Assembly (NCBI GenBank): GCA_030704615.1
Contig: CM060731.1
Coordinates: 24,180,001-24,244,000 of the forward strand
Direction of reading: 5' to 3'
From: Takakia lepidozioides
Taxonomy: Eukaryota > Plantae > Bryophyta
DNA length: 64,000 nucleotides
Under the pieces are notes generated by a model, which searched no databases, had not been told where the DNA came from, and saw nothing but the letters and a program-made list of their open reading frames with translations. Position 1 is the first letter of the stretch; each line of letters starts with the position of its first letter. This document shows, in pieces, positions 1 to 11,415 of this stretch. Position numbers and translations under genes: made by a program.

Positions 1-54
1 CATCAGCGTCGCCGACTTGAGCTTGGACCCCTCGCTCACATCCTCAGACCCCAT
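1..54 (-). CDS. SCP2: 5' end of sterol carrier protein 2 (SCP2) gene, continuing beyond the window edge
   Basis: ATG at 54 gives MGSEDVSEGSKLKSATLM. The paralogous copy at 8921-9063 continues as ELVRAHLASDGK..KKIGFVNQINF, matching plant SCP2 (LKS..IM..MKEHL.TD.GK...KIGLVYQINI). Confidence 0.7.
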   Translation of the reverse strand, partial: MGSEDVSEGSKLKSATLM

Positions 55-571
55 TGCAACAACAGCTCCCACCTTTTCCCTCACCGTACTCAGAAGTGAA
101 TCTGTGCATGCAATCTCCCAGGACCTCTCCTGTCCCCCACACCAAACCACAGCACTCTTGCACTGTGCACTCACCGTCACTCAGAACACATTTAAGTATT
201 TGCATTCATTTGCTGCCTTTTAGTTCTCTGACTCGGCAGACTTGTGACCTTTTTCCCTACAAAAGTTCTCCATGGTCCTCCTTTCACAATTTAGGCCTAG
301 TGAGGAAAAACTATATTCATGTAAGCTTCCGAATTTTATCACACTAGACTAGGTATTAAAAGAGTATATGAAATCTGCACTTGTATATGCATTTTCATGT
401 AAGCTTATGCTGTAGAGGCTGATGCTTGCTCATTAGCTTCTTTGTTTAGATGTGAATCAAACTTACCTGCTACTATCTGGTACACAACGTGATCATATTT
501 GGACAAATGCCCTGCCCAAACTGAAAATGCATATCTGATATTATTGAATCTTTTTGGACTGACCCGGAGAG

Positions 572-651
572 TTGTAAAGTGAGCAAGTGTATCATTATCT
601 AAGCCTACTGCAAATGTGTGGTGTGCCCAAGCAAAAATTCCAAGAACTCCA
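572..651 (-). pseudogene. cox1: NUMT: fragment of mitochondrial cox1
   Basis: Translates GVLGIFAWAHHTFAVGLDNDTLAHFT versus the conserved COX1 motif [26 protein letters not shown]. Confidence 0.85.
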
Positions 652-1844
652 CGCAAGCAGTACCAAAGCAAATGGCTTGTGAGGAACACAACCACAGGGC
701 GAAACCATGCTTGCTCAACTCAAGACATAATGATTGCTCCAACTGTTAAACTAGTGAGAACCTCATTTTGAATTGCTGGAGTGCAGAATGCTGTCTGGCA
801 GAATGCATTTCATTAGTGGTTGTTAATTGGGTTCCACAATGGACACAAGTCACCAGCACGTAGATTTGTTCTCTGATGATGAAATCTTATCTCTCCACTG
901 TCTGCCTGTACTCTCATTGTACTTATCTCTAGAGGGTGCCAGCTTTTGTGCAATCTTAGTTCATGCTCAGTACCGGGTGGCTTGAGCACAACCTTCCTTT
1001 TTGGCTTTAAAACAAACATTAGACTTGGTAGTAGAAGTAGAGCCTTTCATTTGAAGATGGCAATCGTTCATGATCTCTTGTGGCGCTTGATTGAGTGGTG
1101 GTGTAATAACTTACATGTGATCTAAAGAACAGTCCTACATTTCAAGTCCAATGCAAATCTGAGATAAAATTGATTGTGCTGCTATTTATGTACCTCTTCC
1201 ATGTAACAGTGTAGTGAACTATCACAGGCCTTTTTACTGTCACTCACTTGGCTGCAGCTGAGGCCCACCTCAACAAAGCACCTGCAAACAAAGCTGTTGC
1301 ATGCTCAAATCGCTGTAACTTGCAGTACTAACCCAGATGGCAGAAAATAACTAAGCCTATTGCCAAAAGTTGGAACCCCACATATAAGTTTACCTGCCAA
1401 GCTGTAACAAACTTAAATGAAGCGTACAATACCACTGCAAATGACACTAACAGGTGTGGATAGGCATTGGGCTGGGATGTGGACGATTGAGCACCTGGGG
1501 GCTCACACCTCATTTCTGCCATCCCTTAGGAAGAGGCTTCTTTTCCATTATGTTTAGCTCCGTGGAGTTTGCCTCAAAAGCTCTTAAGTTCAATGTTAGG
1601 AAATCCAGATTTAGGGTGCACATTTTTCCTTGGTCAGCGGATTGGGGGCCCAAACTGGGTGTTACTTGTAAACCTAGGGTGATTGCGCTTCCTTACCTTC
1701 CGGGCAACTATTTGTGCTCTTTGCCTGAGATAGGGGCTCACTTTGGTGCTTACATTGGTTCCATGAATGTCAATGACTTTGAAGATGCGGACCACTTAAG
1801 TATTGACTCTGATGGTCATTTGGACCCGACCTGGGATTCGGGGA

Positions 1845-1990
1845 AATGTTCCTCACGGCTTTTCCCTAGTAGCAATGCAAAGGGCTAGAAAAGGCTCCCC
1901 ACAGCGAAACAGATGGTTTAGGAATCTGGGTAAATATTCCTCACAGCTTTTCCCTAGTAAGCATGCAGAGGGGCAATAAAGGCTACCACA
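1845..1990. repeat. Two-copy direct repeat (~88 bp period)
   Basis: ttcctcacggcttttccctagtagcaatgcaaagggc versus ttcctcacagcttttccctagtaagcatgcagagggg. Confidence 0.7.
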
Positions 1991-4951
1991 TGGTTCATTT
2001 TCCCGCAAAGAAAGGCAGCCTTGCCAATTGAGAAGGAACTTATAGCATGCTATCACCCTCGCTATGTCGTCTTTTCACCCCATGCATTGCAATACCATCC
2101 CTGTTTCCATACAAGCACATTCACCCCTGAGCGTTGGTCACTTGCGGTAAAAGTATTATTCCTTTTGGTGCCATCCACAAGCCATAGTGAAAGATAGAAA
2201 TTTCTTATCTCAAGCTATTCTTTACTTTAAGATAAATGTGAAACATAAAAAAGTCTGGAAAATAGGAAAGGAGAGAACATACAGGTAGGTATCATCAACA
2301 GGATTGGCCATAAGAGTGTCAAGGGAGACGCGCTCTGCTTCTATTTCCCCTTGCGTTCCCACTTCTTGTTTCTGCACCAGCATGTACAAGTTTCAACAAA
2401 TGATGCAATTTGGTGTGCCAACCAATTTACCAATTTTGAATTGAGCTTTCTAATTGAGGTGCAAGAGGAACTCACTCGTCCTGCAGGCCAGGATTTCGAC
2501 GATATTTCAGCTTGTGATCAATGCGTTTCACATTTGCTTCCACATCCTGCACCTGTTTTATCTAAGACGAGCCGACATGTTTACCTTGAAGGGGGGACAG
2601 ATAATCTTACCATGCACACAAAGACAAAGACATATGAAGGCATGTTGTAAAATTGTCTACATGTACATTAAGGCAGCAGGTAACTAAGTTAGATGCATCT
2701 TTTGCATGACCCACAGCCTGTATCCAACACACATGTTTTGTTTGCCACAGGGAAGCTACCATCAGAAATTGTAAATTAAGCATAAGCCCACCAACTAGTT
2801 CACAGCATACCTCCCATCATGAGCCCTGAACATACCAATGAATCTATGGAATCAAGGACACAGATCAACTCATTATATGAATGCTGCTATATGTTGGCGT
2901 TCCTGAAGATTTGCCAAGTATCTGAAAATGGAGTGATAAATTGTACAGATAAGTAACACAGCTTCTCTACTGATGCTCACCAACCTTAACAAGAAACTAC
3001 ATTCTCTTGGGTCCAACTGTGATTTCAGTGTGGGCGGCCTGAAGACAGTATCCATTCTCTTATACAATGTCCAGGGTTTCTCATGAGAGAGCAACCCTCT
3101 TCAGGACCATCAAGAACATAGTTCCTGCACCTCTGTTCACCAACTTTCAAAATCTCAAGGCTCAGCCTAAAGGCCCGGCCCTGTTGGGCAGATCAGACAG
3201 ATGAGATTTGATCCTTGTGTGAAGGGCTTTCTGGAGGAAATCTGGAAACCGAGAAAATTGTTTCTGCCATGCTAAATCCCACTACTGGATTGAGCCCCTC
3301 ACAAAAGGTAGTGTCTGTTCCCTTTTGTTCCACCCAAACTGACCATGGGGTCTATGGCCACAAGGCTACGGAAAACATCTTATGAGTACACATCCTCGGT
3401 GTTGTTTACAGGGTACACGGGTCCTCTAAACCTCTCATGGACATGATAAACTTCTTCATCTTCTCTCCTTAATGTTCCTAGATATATGTATCAGGTGAAA
3501 TATTTCAAAAGTTTGTTAGTGACCAAAGGGGGTTGAGAGTGAAATACCGGTCCAAATCCACCTAGTGCTCTTCTTGGTTCACAGTCCGCAGCGCTGCCAA
3601 AGCTAGCTTCAGATGCAAGACCAACAATCTGTCAGGAGGAGCTAACTATAGCAAATGCTTTCCACACTGCCACAAGATCATTTGACTTGATAATCAGAAA
3701 GCCTCCAGCACAATGGACTCTTTTACTACGATTGGCTTTCCAGTGCTGAGCACACTATGGGTTTCAAAGCTGTACACTAGAGATTATATTTTGCTTTCCA
3801 AAGCCCCCAACAGAGTTTCAGAAACCAATTTTCTTTCCAAACTTAAGATCCACTCTCTATCTTTCAGGCCCATTCTCTTAAGCTAGCCTTGGTCCACTAG
3901 TCCCATCTTCAAAAGCTACGGCAAACAACGTCTCCTGAATACATTCTCATCTTCAAGAATGCAGTGCCAACCTGGCCTGGAGGAAAGAGAAGAAGTGCAT
4001 CTGTCTGCATCATGGGATCCACCACAAATCAAGCTACGTCTTGCAATTCCTGTGGAAAACAAAGGCATGGTTATGGTGAAAACTCTGCCCTCAGCACGAG
4101 AAAACCTTATCTTGACATTTGAGCCTGACATCTGACAATCTACTCAAATTACCAACAGACAATGTACAGAGAGAGGAACAATTCCCTAGGACAGCAAGCA
4201 CACTTTAATGTCCAATTCAATCATCCCTAATAGGAATTGCTGTAGGAACTCTCAAGTCCAACCCACATGCCAACAGTCATTACCAGAATTGACATGGCTC
4301 AAGCAAGCTCAAATCCTTGTGTCCTCTGTAGTTCTACTTCTGCTTCTTGTTACCAGAAGGCTTAAGCCCACTACATGTGACAGAGACCACCAAACAGAAT
4401 AGAGTAGCAATTCTAGTCTACATGGACTTTATGTACCTGCAGACCTCGTACAGCTGCTGCCCCCTTGCACAAAATTCTGCAGGAACATGTACAACCAAAT
4501 ACTTCAAAACAACCCTCAAATCTGCCAACTGGCTGTTGGAAGAGCTTGCAGTGAGGCTCAATTTGCATCTGTGTATGTATGTGTGAGGGAGAAGAAGAAG
4601 AAAACTTATCATGGCCACAGATGCTCAAAGGGGCTATGGTACCAAAGTTAATACTCCAAATGAGTTCTCTGAACGGACATCAAAGCTGGATGAGAAGAGC
4701 TGCTAATGTTCCAAATAGCATGACATATACTAAGTGTGCATTCAACAGACAAGAGCTTGGCAGGTGGCAAAGAGCAGAAGTGCAGAGTACACACTGAACT
4801 CTGCGAAGTTCTTGTTACAAACAAAACTCCTCACAGGCAGCTCACTGGGCAGAATGCCATCTATCCGGACCATTTTATAGCACAAAAAATCATGATAAAT
4901 GAACTTCTGTACTACCAGCCTTGTTTTGAGGTGACTCTCTTCACGCTTGTT

Positions 4952-7267
4952 TCACCAGTAATCCCCACAAGAACAAATCCCGTCTTGGAAATGATGAAAA
5001 CGGTTGGCATCCCGTACAACAACTGCTCGCCCAACAATCTTTGAGATGAACTTGGTGGCAGTGTGGCAGTCACCACACACGCGCAGATTCTTGATGATGC
5101 AAATAGGCTTCCCAGGGGGTATGCTGATGAGCCCAAAAGCAATAGCCAGTCTCTCACTGTGATAGCAAAGAGAAAATTCCTTCCGCTCCTCCTCCACATC
5201 ATGCAATACAAAGCGCGTGTCAGGCATGTAACCTGCCTCCTTCATCAGCCCAGACAATCTCTTCAGCTCAGCATGAATTTCCGCAATTTGGGGATGCAAT
5301 TTGTCCTCCACAACGAACGTATGCACCTGGCTGTCCACCTCAATGCAGCTGTACCCTGGCTCCTTTCTGACACCTCTGTGCTGCATCATTCTTCTCACCT
5401 TGGCTGCATCATCCCACCTGCTAGCAGCAACATATATGTTGGATAGCAGCACATAAGTGGCAGCATCCTGTGGATCCCACCTAAGAAGACATGTTGCTGC
5501 ATGTTCTGCTACCTCTACATTGCCATGAGTTCGGCAGGCACCAAGCATAGCTCCCCACACCACCACATCTGGTTCCATTGGCATTTTGTTAATGAAAGTC
5601 TCTGCCTCATACAATTGTCCTGCACGGCCAAGAAGGTCCACTATGCAACCAAAATGCTCCAGGGTAGGGGTTAGGCCATGATCTCGTCTCATGGAATCAA
5701 AATAGTGGCGGGCTTCATCCACTAGGCCCACATGGTTACATGCAGAGAGAACACCTGTAAATGTGATACTGTCCGGCTTCAAGCCTTCCTGTTGCATTCG
5801 CTCAATTAGTTGAAGGGCCTCTCCACCACACCCATGCTGAGCATATCCTGTGATCATCACGTTGTATGAGACTACATCTCGTTCAGCCATGCCGTCAAAA
5901 ACTCGACGTGCATCCTTTATGCTCCCACAGGTGCCGTACATGTCAACAAGCGTATTCTCGAGAATGACATCTGGCTGAATTCCAGCTTTGATGATCTCTG
6001 CATGGACCTCCTTGCCCTTGTCCAGGGTGGCCAAGCTAGCACACGCCTTGAGAGCGCAAATGAATGTGATGTTGTTGGGTGTCACCCCTCTCTTCACCAT
6101 TTGCTCAAACACCTCCAAAGCCTTCCTACCACACCCATGCTGAGCAAATCCTGCAATTATTGCACTCCATGAGACCACATTAGGCTTGACGCCTTCCTGT
6201 TGCATTTGTTCAAATAGTTGGAGTGCCTCCCTACCACGACCTTGCTGAGCATATCCTGTGATCATCGCAGTCCACGACACCACATTTCGTTTGGCCATAT
6301 TGTCAAACACTTGACGTGCATCATTTACACTCCCGCATTTGGCATACATGTCGACAAGGGCAGTCTCCAGAATGATATCTGGCACAATCCCGGCTTTGCT
6401 GATGTCAGCATGGACCTCTATGCCCTTTTCCAGGGCTGCCACACTGGCACATGCACTGAGCATGCAAATGAATGTAACCCTGTCCGCCATCACGCCTTCC
6501 TGTATCATTTGCTCATAGAACTTGAACGCCTCTTTACCACACCCATTCTCAGCATATCCTGCAATCATTGCATTCCACGAGACCACATTTCGTTGAGCCA
6601 TAGTGTCAAACACTCGACGGGCCTCCTTCATGTTCCCACATTTGGCATACATGGCAGCAAGGGCAGTCTCCAGAATGATATTCGGTGCAACTCCTGCTTT
6701 GATGAGGTCAGCATGGACCTGTTTGCCCTTTTCCAGGGCTCCTAGGCTAGCACATGCCTTGAGAATGCAAATGAATGTGACCTTGTTTGGTGTCACCCCT
6801 TCCTGTATCATTTGCTGATAGATCTCCAAAGCCCCCCTACCACACCCATGCTTCACATATCCTGCCATCATGATAGTCCATGAAACCACATCTCGTCGAG
6901 GCATGTTGTCAAACACTAGGCGAGCATCCAACACACTTCCACACTTTGCATACATGTTGACAAGGTTGTTGGATAAAAACATGTTTAACTTATACCCACT
7001 TTGGATGATATGGGCGTGCACCTGCATGCCCTCTTCTAGGCCTTCCATCTTGCTGCACTGCTGCAACAGACAGACATAGGTATCGGAGTCTGCTGAAGCC
7101 CTTCTCTGATTCAAAATGTGCAGCGCCTCTTTCAGTTGTCCTGCCTTACAGAGTGCCCTTAAAGTGCCAAAAGAGTCCTTGCTGGCTCCCTCTTTTCGTC
7201 CTCTTTCAAACACATTGGACATGATGGAGGTGCCTAAGTCAGACAACTGTGGCTGACATACTGCCAT
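4952..7267 (-). CDS. PLS-class pentatricopeptide repeat protein with E and DYW deaminase domains (organellar C-to-U editing factor)
   Basis: Uninterrupted ORF (786 aa from GTG 7312; first in-frame ATG 7267). About 15 P/L/S motifs, E domains, PG box (EPGYSCIEV), HSERLA and CGDCH zinc ligands, C-terminal DYW. Confidence 0.95.
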   Translation of the reverse strand: MAVCQPQLSDLGTSIMSNVFERGRKEGASKDSFGTLRALCKAGQLKEALHILNQRRASADSDTYVCLLQQCSKMEGLEEGMQVHAHIIQSGYKLNMFLSNNLVNMYAKCGSVLDARLVFDNMPRRDVVSWTIMMAGYVKHGCGRGALEIYQQMIQEGVTPNKVTFICILKACASLGALEKGKQVHADLIKAGVAPNIILETALAAMYAKCGNMKEARRVFDTMAQRNVVSWNAMIAGYAENGCGKEAFKFYEQMIQEGVMADRVTFICMLSACASVAALEKGIEVHADISKAGIVPDIILETALVDMYAKCGSVNDARQVFDNMAKRNVVSWTAMITGYAQQGRGREALQLFEQMQQEGVKPNVVSWSAIIAGFAQHGCGRKALEVFEQMVKRGVTPNNITFICALKACASLATLDKGKEVHAEIIKAGIQPDVILENTLVDMYGTCGSIKDARRVFDGMAERDVVSYNVMITGYAQHGCGGEALQLIERMQQEGLKPDSITFTGVLSACNHVGLVDEARHYFDSMRRDHGLTPTLEHFGCIVDLLGRAGQLYEAETFINKMPMEPDVVVWGAMLGACRTHGNVEVAEHAATCLLRWDPQDAATYVLLSNIYVAASRWDDAAKVRRMMQHRGVRKEPGYSCIEVDSQVHTFVVEDKLHPQIAEIHAELKRLSGLMKEAGYMPDTRFVLHDVEEERKEFSLCYHSERLAIAFGLISIPPGKPICIIKNLRVCGDCHTATKFISKIVGRAVVVRDANRFHHFQDGICSCGDYW

Positions 7268-7679
7268 CTGCAGCACGCAAAAACTCTTACTTACAAAGCT
7301 TGACACTGACACTCCCAGAAACTATCTCATGGCTCCTATTTAGTTTCAAAGAAAGACCTGTTCAAGCTCTTTGCTGCATATTTATAGGTTTTTCACTTCG
7401 GTCATGAAGGTGCCTGATTGTCACAAATATACCAACTACTAGCTGCAATAAATTACTGTCCATGTGCATTGAACACCGAGACACACAGCAGACAGCTTCG
7501 TTCATCTTCTCTAAAAATACGAGTCACTGTATCAGTTCATCACAACGGACATAAATGCTGGCATGAAATCATGTACAAAGTTTTACCTCTGTACACTTTC
7601 AAGTTCTTGAGATCCACAAAAAGGGTCTCCTCAGCCACCCCCAGTTTCTGCCAAGCCATCAAACATATCACACAACCCT

Positions 7680-8510
7680 CCTAATCTCTTCTCACTCTCC
7701 ACTACTAGTAAGAAACATAAAGAGGTATATACATCCTTGGCTCTTTGAAATGCAAAATTGTCCATAGTAGGGATGGACAACATCACTGCCATTTCCCCTA
7801 ATACTCTTACTTCACTCAAGGTCAAAACAGCATGCCAATGCCTTCCACTTTCACAATGCCAATCACTTTCCCTGTTTCTATCCAGTGCCACATGATTCCA
7901 AATGTTCTTTAAGGATGCAGTTGAATAAGTTCTGGCCAGTAGCTCCCACAAACAAGTTATACCAATAGTCCGAAAATTGCAATGGAATTTCTCATTCCAC
8001 ATCCTCAAACACTGCCTTGGCCTGATCTTCAAGTGAAACAGTATCGGAAACCCCCCGGGTTACACCAGCATGTACTCATCTAATAAAGACATTGTGATTC
8101 CACTTAACCAGGGAACTACCCTTAGCATTACAGAACCAATTTGCAGTAGCATGTGCAGATATGCATGGGAGCTTTGAAGGCATCCCACCTAAAAACTCCG
8201 CCACTTCAAGACTCTTGGGGGAAAATGGTAAATCTAAATGATAATGGGGATCAAGCACTGGCCATAGACAAAAGACGCCAATTAGCATCCCAACCTGACA
8301 GGATTTGCACTTGAAGATTCCAGGAAATGTCCATATCTGCGGCAAGGTTACTTCTTCGGAGAATTAAGTTCAAGTGTAAACACAATGCTGAAAATGCTTC
8401 GCAAAAGGCAACAAGTTTACCCTGAGCACCTGGCAATCCTTCCAAGAGATCCCAAAGCTCAGCTTCTCTCCAAACCCAAAACAACAGGACAATGAAGCCC
8501 ATCGATGTAC
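7680..8510 (-). mobile_element. Degenerate LINE-like (post-RT, Trp-rich) fragment
   Basis: Broken frames with Trp-rich peptides (LWELLARTYST..NIWNHVAL..WHAVL; YHLDLPFSP) resembling L1-type 3' regions. No catalytic motif seen. Confidence 0.3.
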
Positions 8511-8920
8511 AATGGTCTGAACTTACACAAGGCTTGAAGAGAATGAGAAGCCCCCATGAACTTTTGACAAATAGTTGACCTAATCCACTGCTCGCTAGTA
8601 GTGCTGTCTAGTCCATGTGTGCGCCCCCACAAACAGGAAATCCTGGTTTCATATCTAGTTCTTGTAAGTTAGATCATCTTCGGCCTACATTACCTATCTT
8701 CTCACCCGCTTCTATCCTGTTGCTTGCCAAGGACGCTGACTGAAAACTATTTCCTTCTCCTTTCTTCTTCCCTCGATAAAGAAAAAGCAAACAGCTACAA
8801 ATTCCCCTTCCAGAAAACCACTCGATGCTAGGAGTAAATAGGTATCCTCTGCTCCCCCAACAAGCATACCGATTACAAAACACGCACACACAGCTTCTTT
8901 CCAGGATTTTAACGGCAAGA

Positions 8921-9165
8921 TTATCGACACGGAACAAAATTGATCTGGTTTACAAACCCAATCTTCTTCGACCCTTTCCATCACTGGCAAGGTGCGCCCT
9001 GACGAGCTCCATCAGCATCACCGACTTGAGCTTCGACCCCTCGCTGACAGCCTCAGACCCCATTGCAACAACAGCACCCACTTTTCCCCTCGCACCCTAT
9101 TCAGAATTGAATCTGTGCATGCAATCTCCCGGGGCATCTGCTGGCCCTGCCCCACACACCAAACC
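8921..9165 (-). pseudogene. SCP2: Duplicated SCP2 5' UTR and exon 1 with frameshift
   Basis: 9010-9165 is a close direct repeat of 1-148. ATG at 9063 reads MGSEAVSEGSKLKSVMLMELVRAHLASDGKG, then a frameshift to KKIGFVNQINFVP. Confidence 0.8.
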
Positions 9166-10011
9166 TACTCTATCTCCTCCATTTTACATGGCATCCGTGG
9201 CATCAGCGTTGGAGCAACTATATCAACTCGTCGTTTTCGTGATTCTCTCACCAAGAAGCAATATGTCACCACAAGAGATATATATTCATTCAATCCACAG
9301 CGGCACTTACCAGCCGCTCTTGTTTTTCTATACACCGAAGGGTGTTGTGGTTTCACAGCTCATCTTTAGTATATGCAAGGCAGGTTTTCTGGGCACCCTT
9401 ATTTATGCATGGCAGGTTTTTCCAGACCCTTCAGTGTGAAGTGCAGCCAAATAACTCGACATTTCATGTGGAGACAACGCTAGAGATAAATCATAGATTT
9501 TGATACATGGGCTTGGAGAGAGCTTGGAGTGCACGGAAAAGCTCGAGTCGAACAGAGAGGTAGGAGAGAGGATAGGTCTGTACTATGAGCTGACTTCGAG
9601 CAATGCCCACATGGGTTGAGTTGCGGCACCGGGCTTTCTCCTAGCTAGTGGCGCTGGTCATGCTGAGGCATGCCTGTCATGTCTACGGAGGAGACAGCAG
9701 GCTGTCGAATTCATACCGGAACCTTCATTTCGTACCAGCACTTGGCCAAGTCAAACGTTGTCCTAGATGACAACCTTGTTGCTGTCACGAACTCCAGCTT
9801 ATATCGGCAGGATCGCATTCAGGACAACTCATGTCTACACAGAAGATGTACCATTATTAGAGTTTGACCAGTTTCTAGTAATACAGTGTTGCTTCCATAT
9901 AGTTGTGCATTACACCACACTAAATTGTCCCAACAATGCAACCGGTACCTTGCAAGCTGATCACCAACATCGAACAATTTCAACTGTATAGGTCTTGGAG
10001 CTGTTTTATCT

Positions 10012-11415
10012 CGGTCCCAATATGGATGTGGCTTGATTTTACTGCAAGCGTGTGAGCTGACGGGTACGGCCCACGAGGTACAGCCGGGGAACCCCGCTCC
10101 GGCAGCCTCGTCGGCGAGTTGGACGCCCCATGTCAAATCATCCCCACCATTTCGCCCGTTGCCCCGCCCCCGCCCGCCCGCTGCTCCCCGCGCCCGCCCG
10201 CCCACCGCTGGCGGGACCAGTGACCAAATTGGACGGGGATCAAACGAGGGGGGGGGACCGGCTATGGTATGGGGGATCGCGCCTCCGATGGGATGAGGGG
10301 ATCGACGGTGGGGGGGGCGCCACGTGGCGGTGGGCGTGCCATGGGGCCTTCATCCGGCCGTCATCCATCCACTGCGCGGGAGGATGGCAGGGGATGAGGG
10401 GCGGATGACCCAGAACATCCATTGTTTTGAGGTTGGATGGATGAGCAGGGGATCGACGGTTCGGGGGAGCAGCACGTGGCGGGCAATTAGGGGTGGGGGA
10501 TCACTGCGGGTCCGGAGTGGGGATCAAGCCAGGTCGGGGGAGTGGCGACGTGTGGGGGGATCGCGCCGTGGATGGGAAGAGGGGATCGGTGGCGGGGGAG
10601 CGCCACGTGCCGTCCGATGGGTGGAGGGGGATCAGTCACCGCATTGGACGGGGATCAACGGAGGGGGGGGCCGGCGACGTGTCGGGAGATCGGGCCGTCG
10701 ATGGGAAGAGGGGATCGATGGCGGGGGAGCGGGAGGATGGCGGGGGATGAGGGGCGGATGACACACAACATCCACTGTTTGTGAGGTCCGATGGATGCGC
10801 AGGGGATCGACGGTCCAGGGGAGCCGCACGTGGCAGGCGATTGGGGTTGGGGGATCACTCCCGGTCTGGAAGGGGGATCAAGGCGCGTGGGGGGAGCGGC
10901 GACATCTCACCGCGCCGTGGATGGGAGGAGGGGATCGACGGCGGCGGGAGCGCCACGTGGCGATGGGCGCGTCATGGGACCTTCAACCGGCCATCATCCA
11001 TTCAATTGAGGTTGGATGGATGGGGAGGGGATCGACGGTTCAGGGTAGCGCCACGTGGTTGGGGATGGGGTGGGGGATCACTCCAGCACTGGAAGTGGGA
11101 TCAACCCAGTGAGGGGATCCACAGCGGGGGGGGGCCCCACGTGGCTAGAGATCGGGGGTGGGAGCCGCGCGGCCAGCGGTGGGGCGGGGTCAGGGTCCCG
11201 GGCGGGCGGGCAGGCGGGCGGGCGCGGGGGGTCATGGGGCGCGGGGAGCAGCGGCGGGGGGGGGGCGGGGCAACGGGCGAGGGTGGGGATGATTTGACAT
11301 GGGGCGTCCAGCTCGCCGACGAGGCTGCCGGAGGGGGGGTTCCCCGGCTGTACCTCGCGGCACCCGTCAGCTCACACGCTTGCAATAAAATCAAGCCACA
11401 TCCATATTGGGACCG
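10012..11415. mobile_element. Non-autonomous Mutator-like element (MULE) with long TIRs and GC-rich internal repeats
   Basis: TIRs >150 bp (cggtcccaatatggatgtggcttgattttac... / ...aaaatcaagccacatccatattgggaccg). Perfect 9-bp TSD gttttatct at 10003-10011 and 11416-11424. Confidence 0.9.

Noticed and set aside
2300-4131. Possible degenerate minus-strand gene (exon-like start at 4131)
   Set aside because: Multiple stops and no recognisable family motif.
4952-5360. U-to-C (DYW:KP) type deaminase
   Set aside because: The domain has a canonical PG box, HSE, CGDCH and DYW end, consistent with C-to-U type.
5063-7079. Plus-strand ORFs overlapping the PPR gene
   Set aside because: Antisense shadows of the PPR coding sequence.
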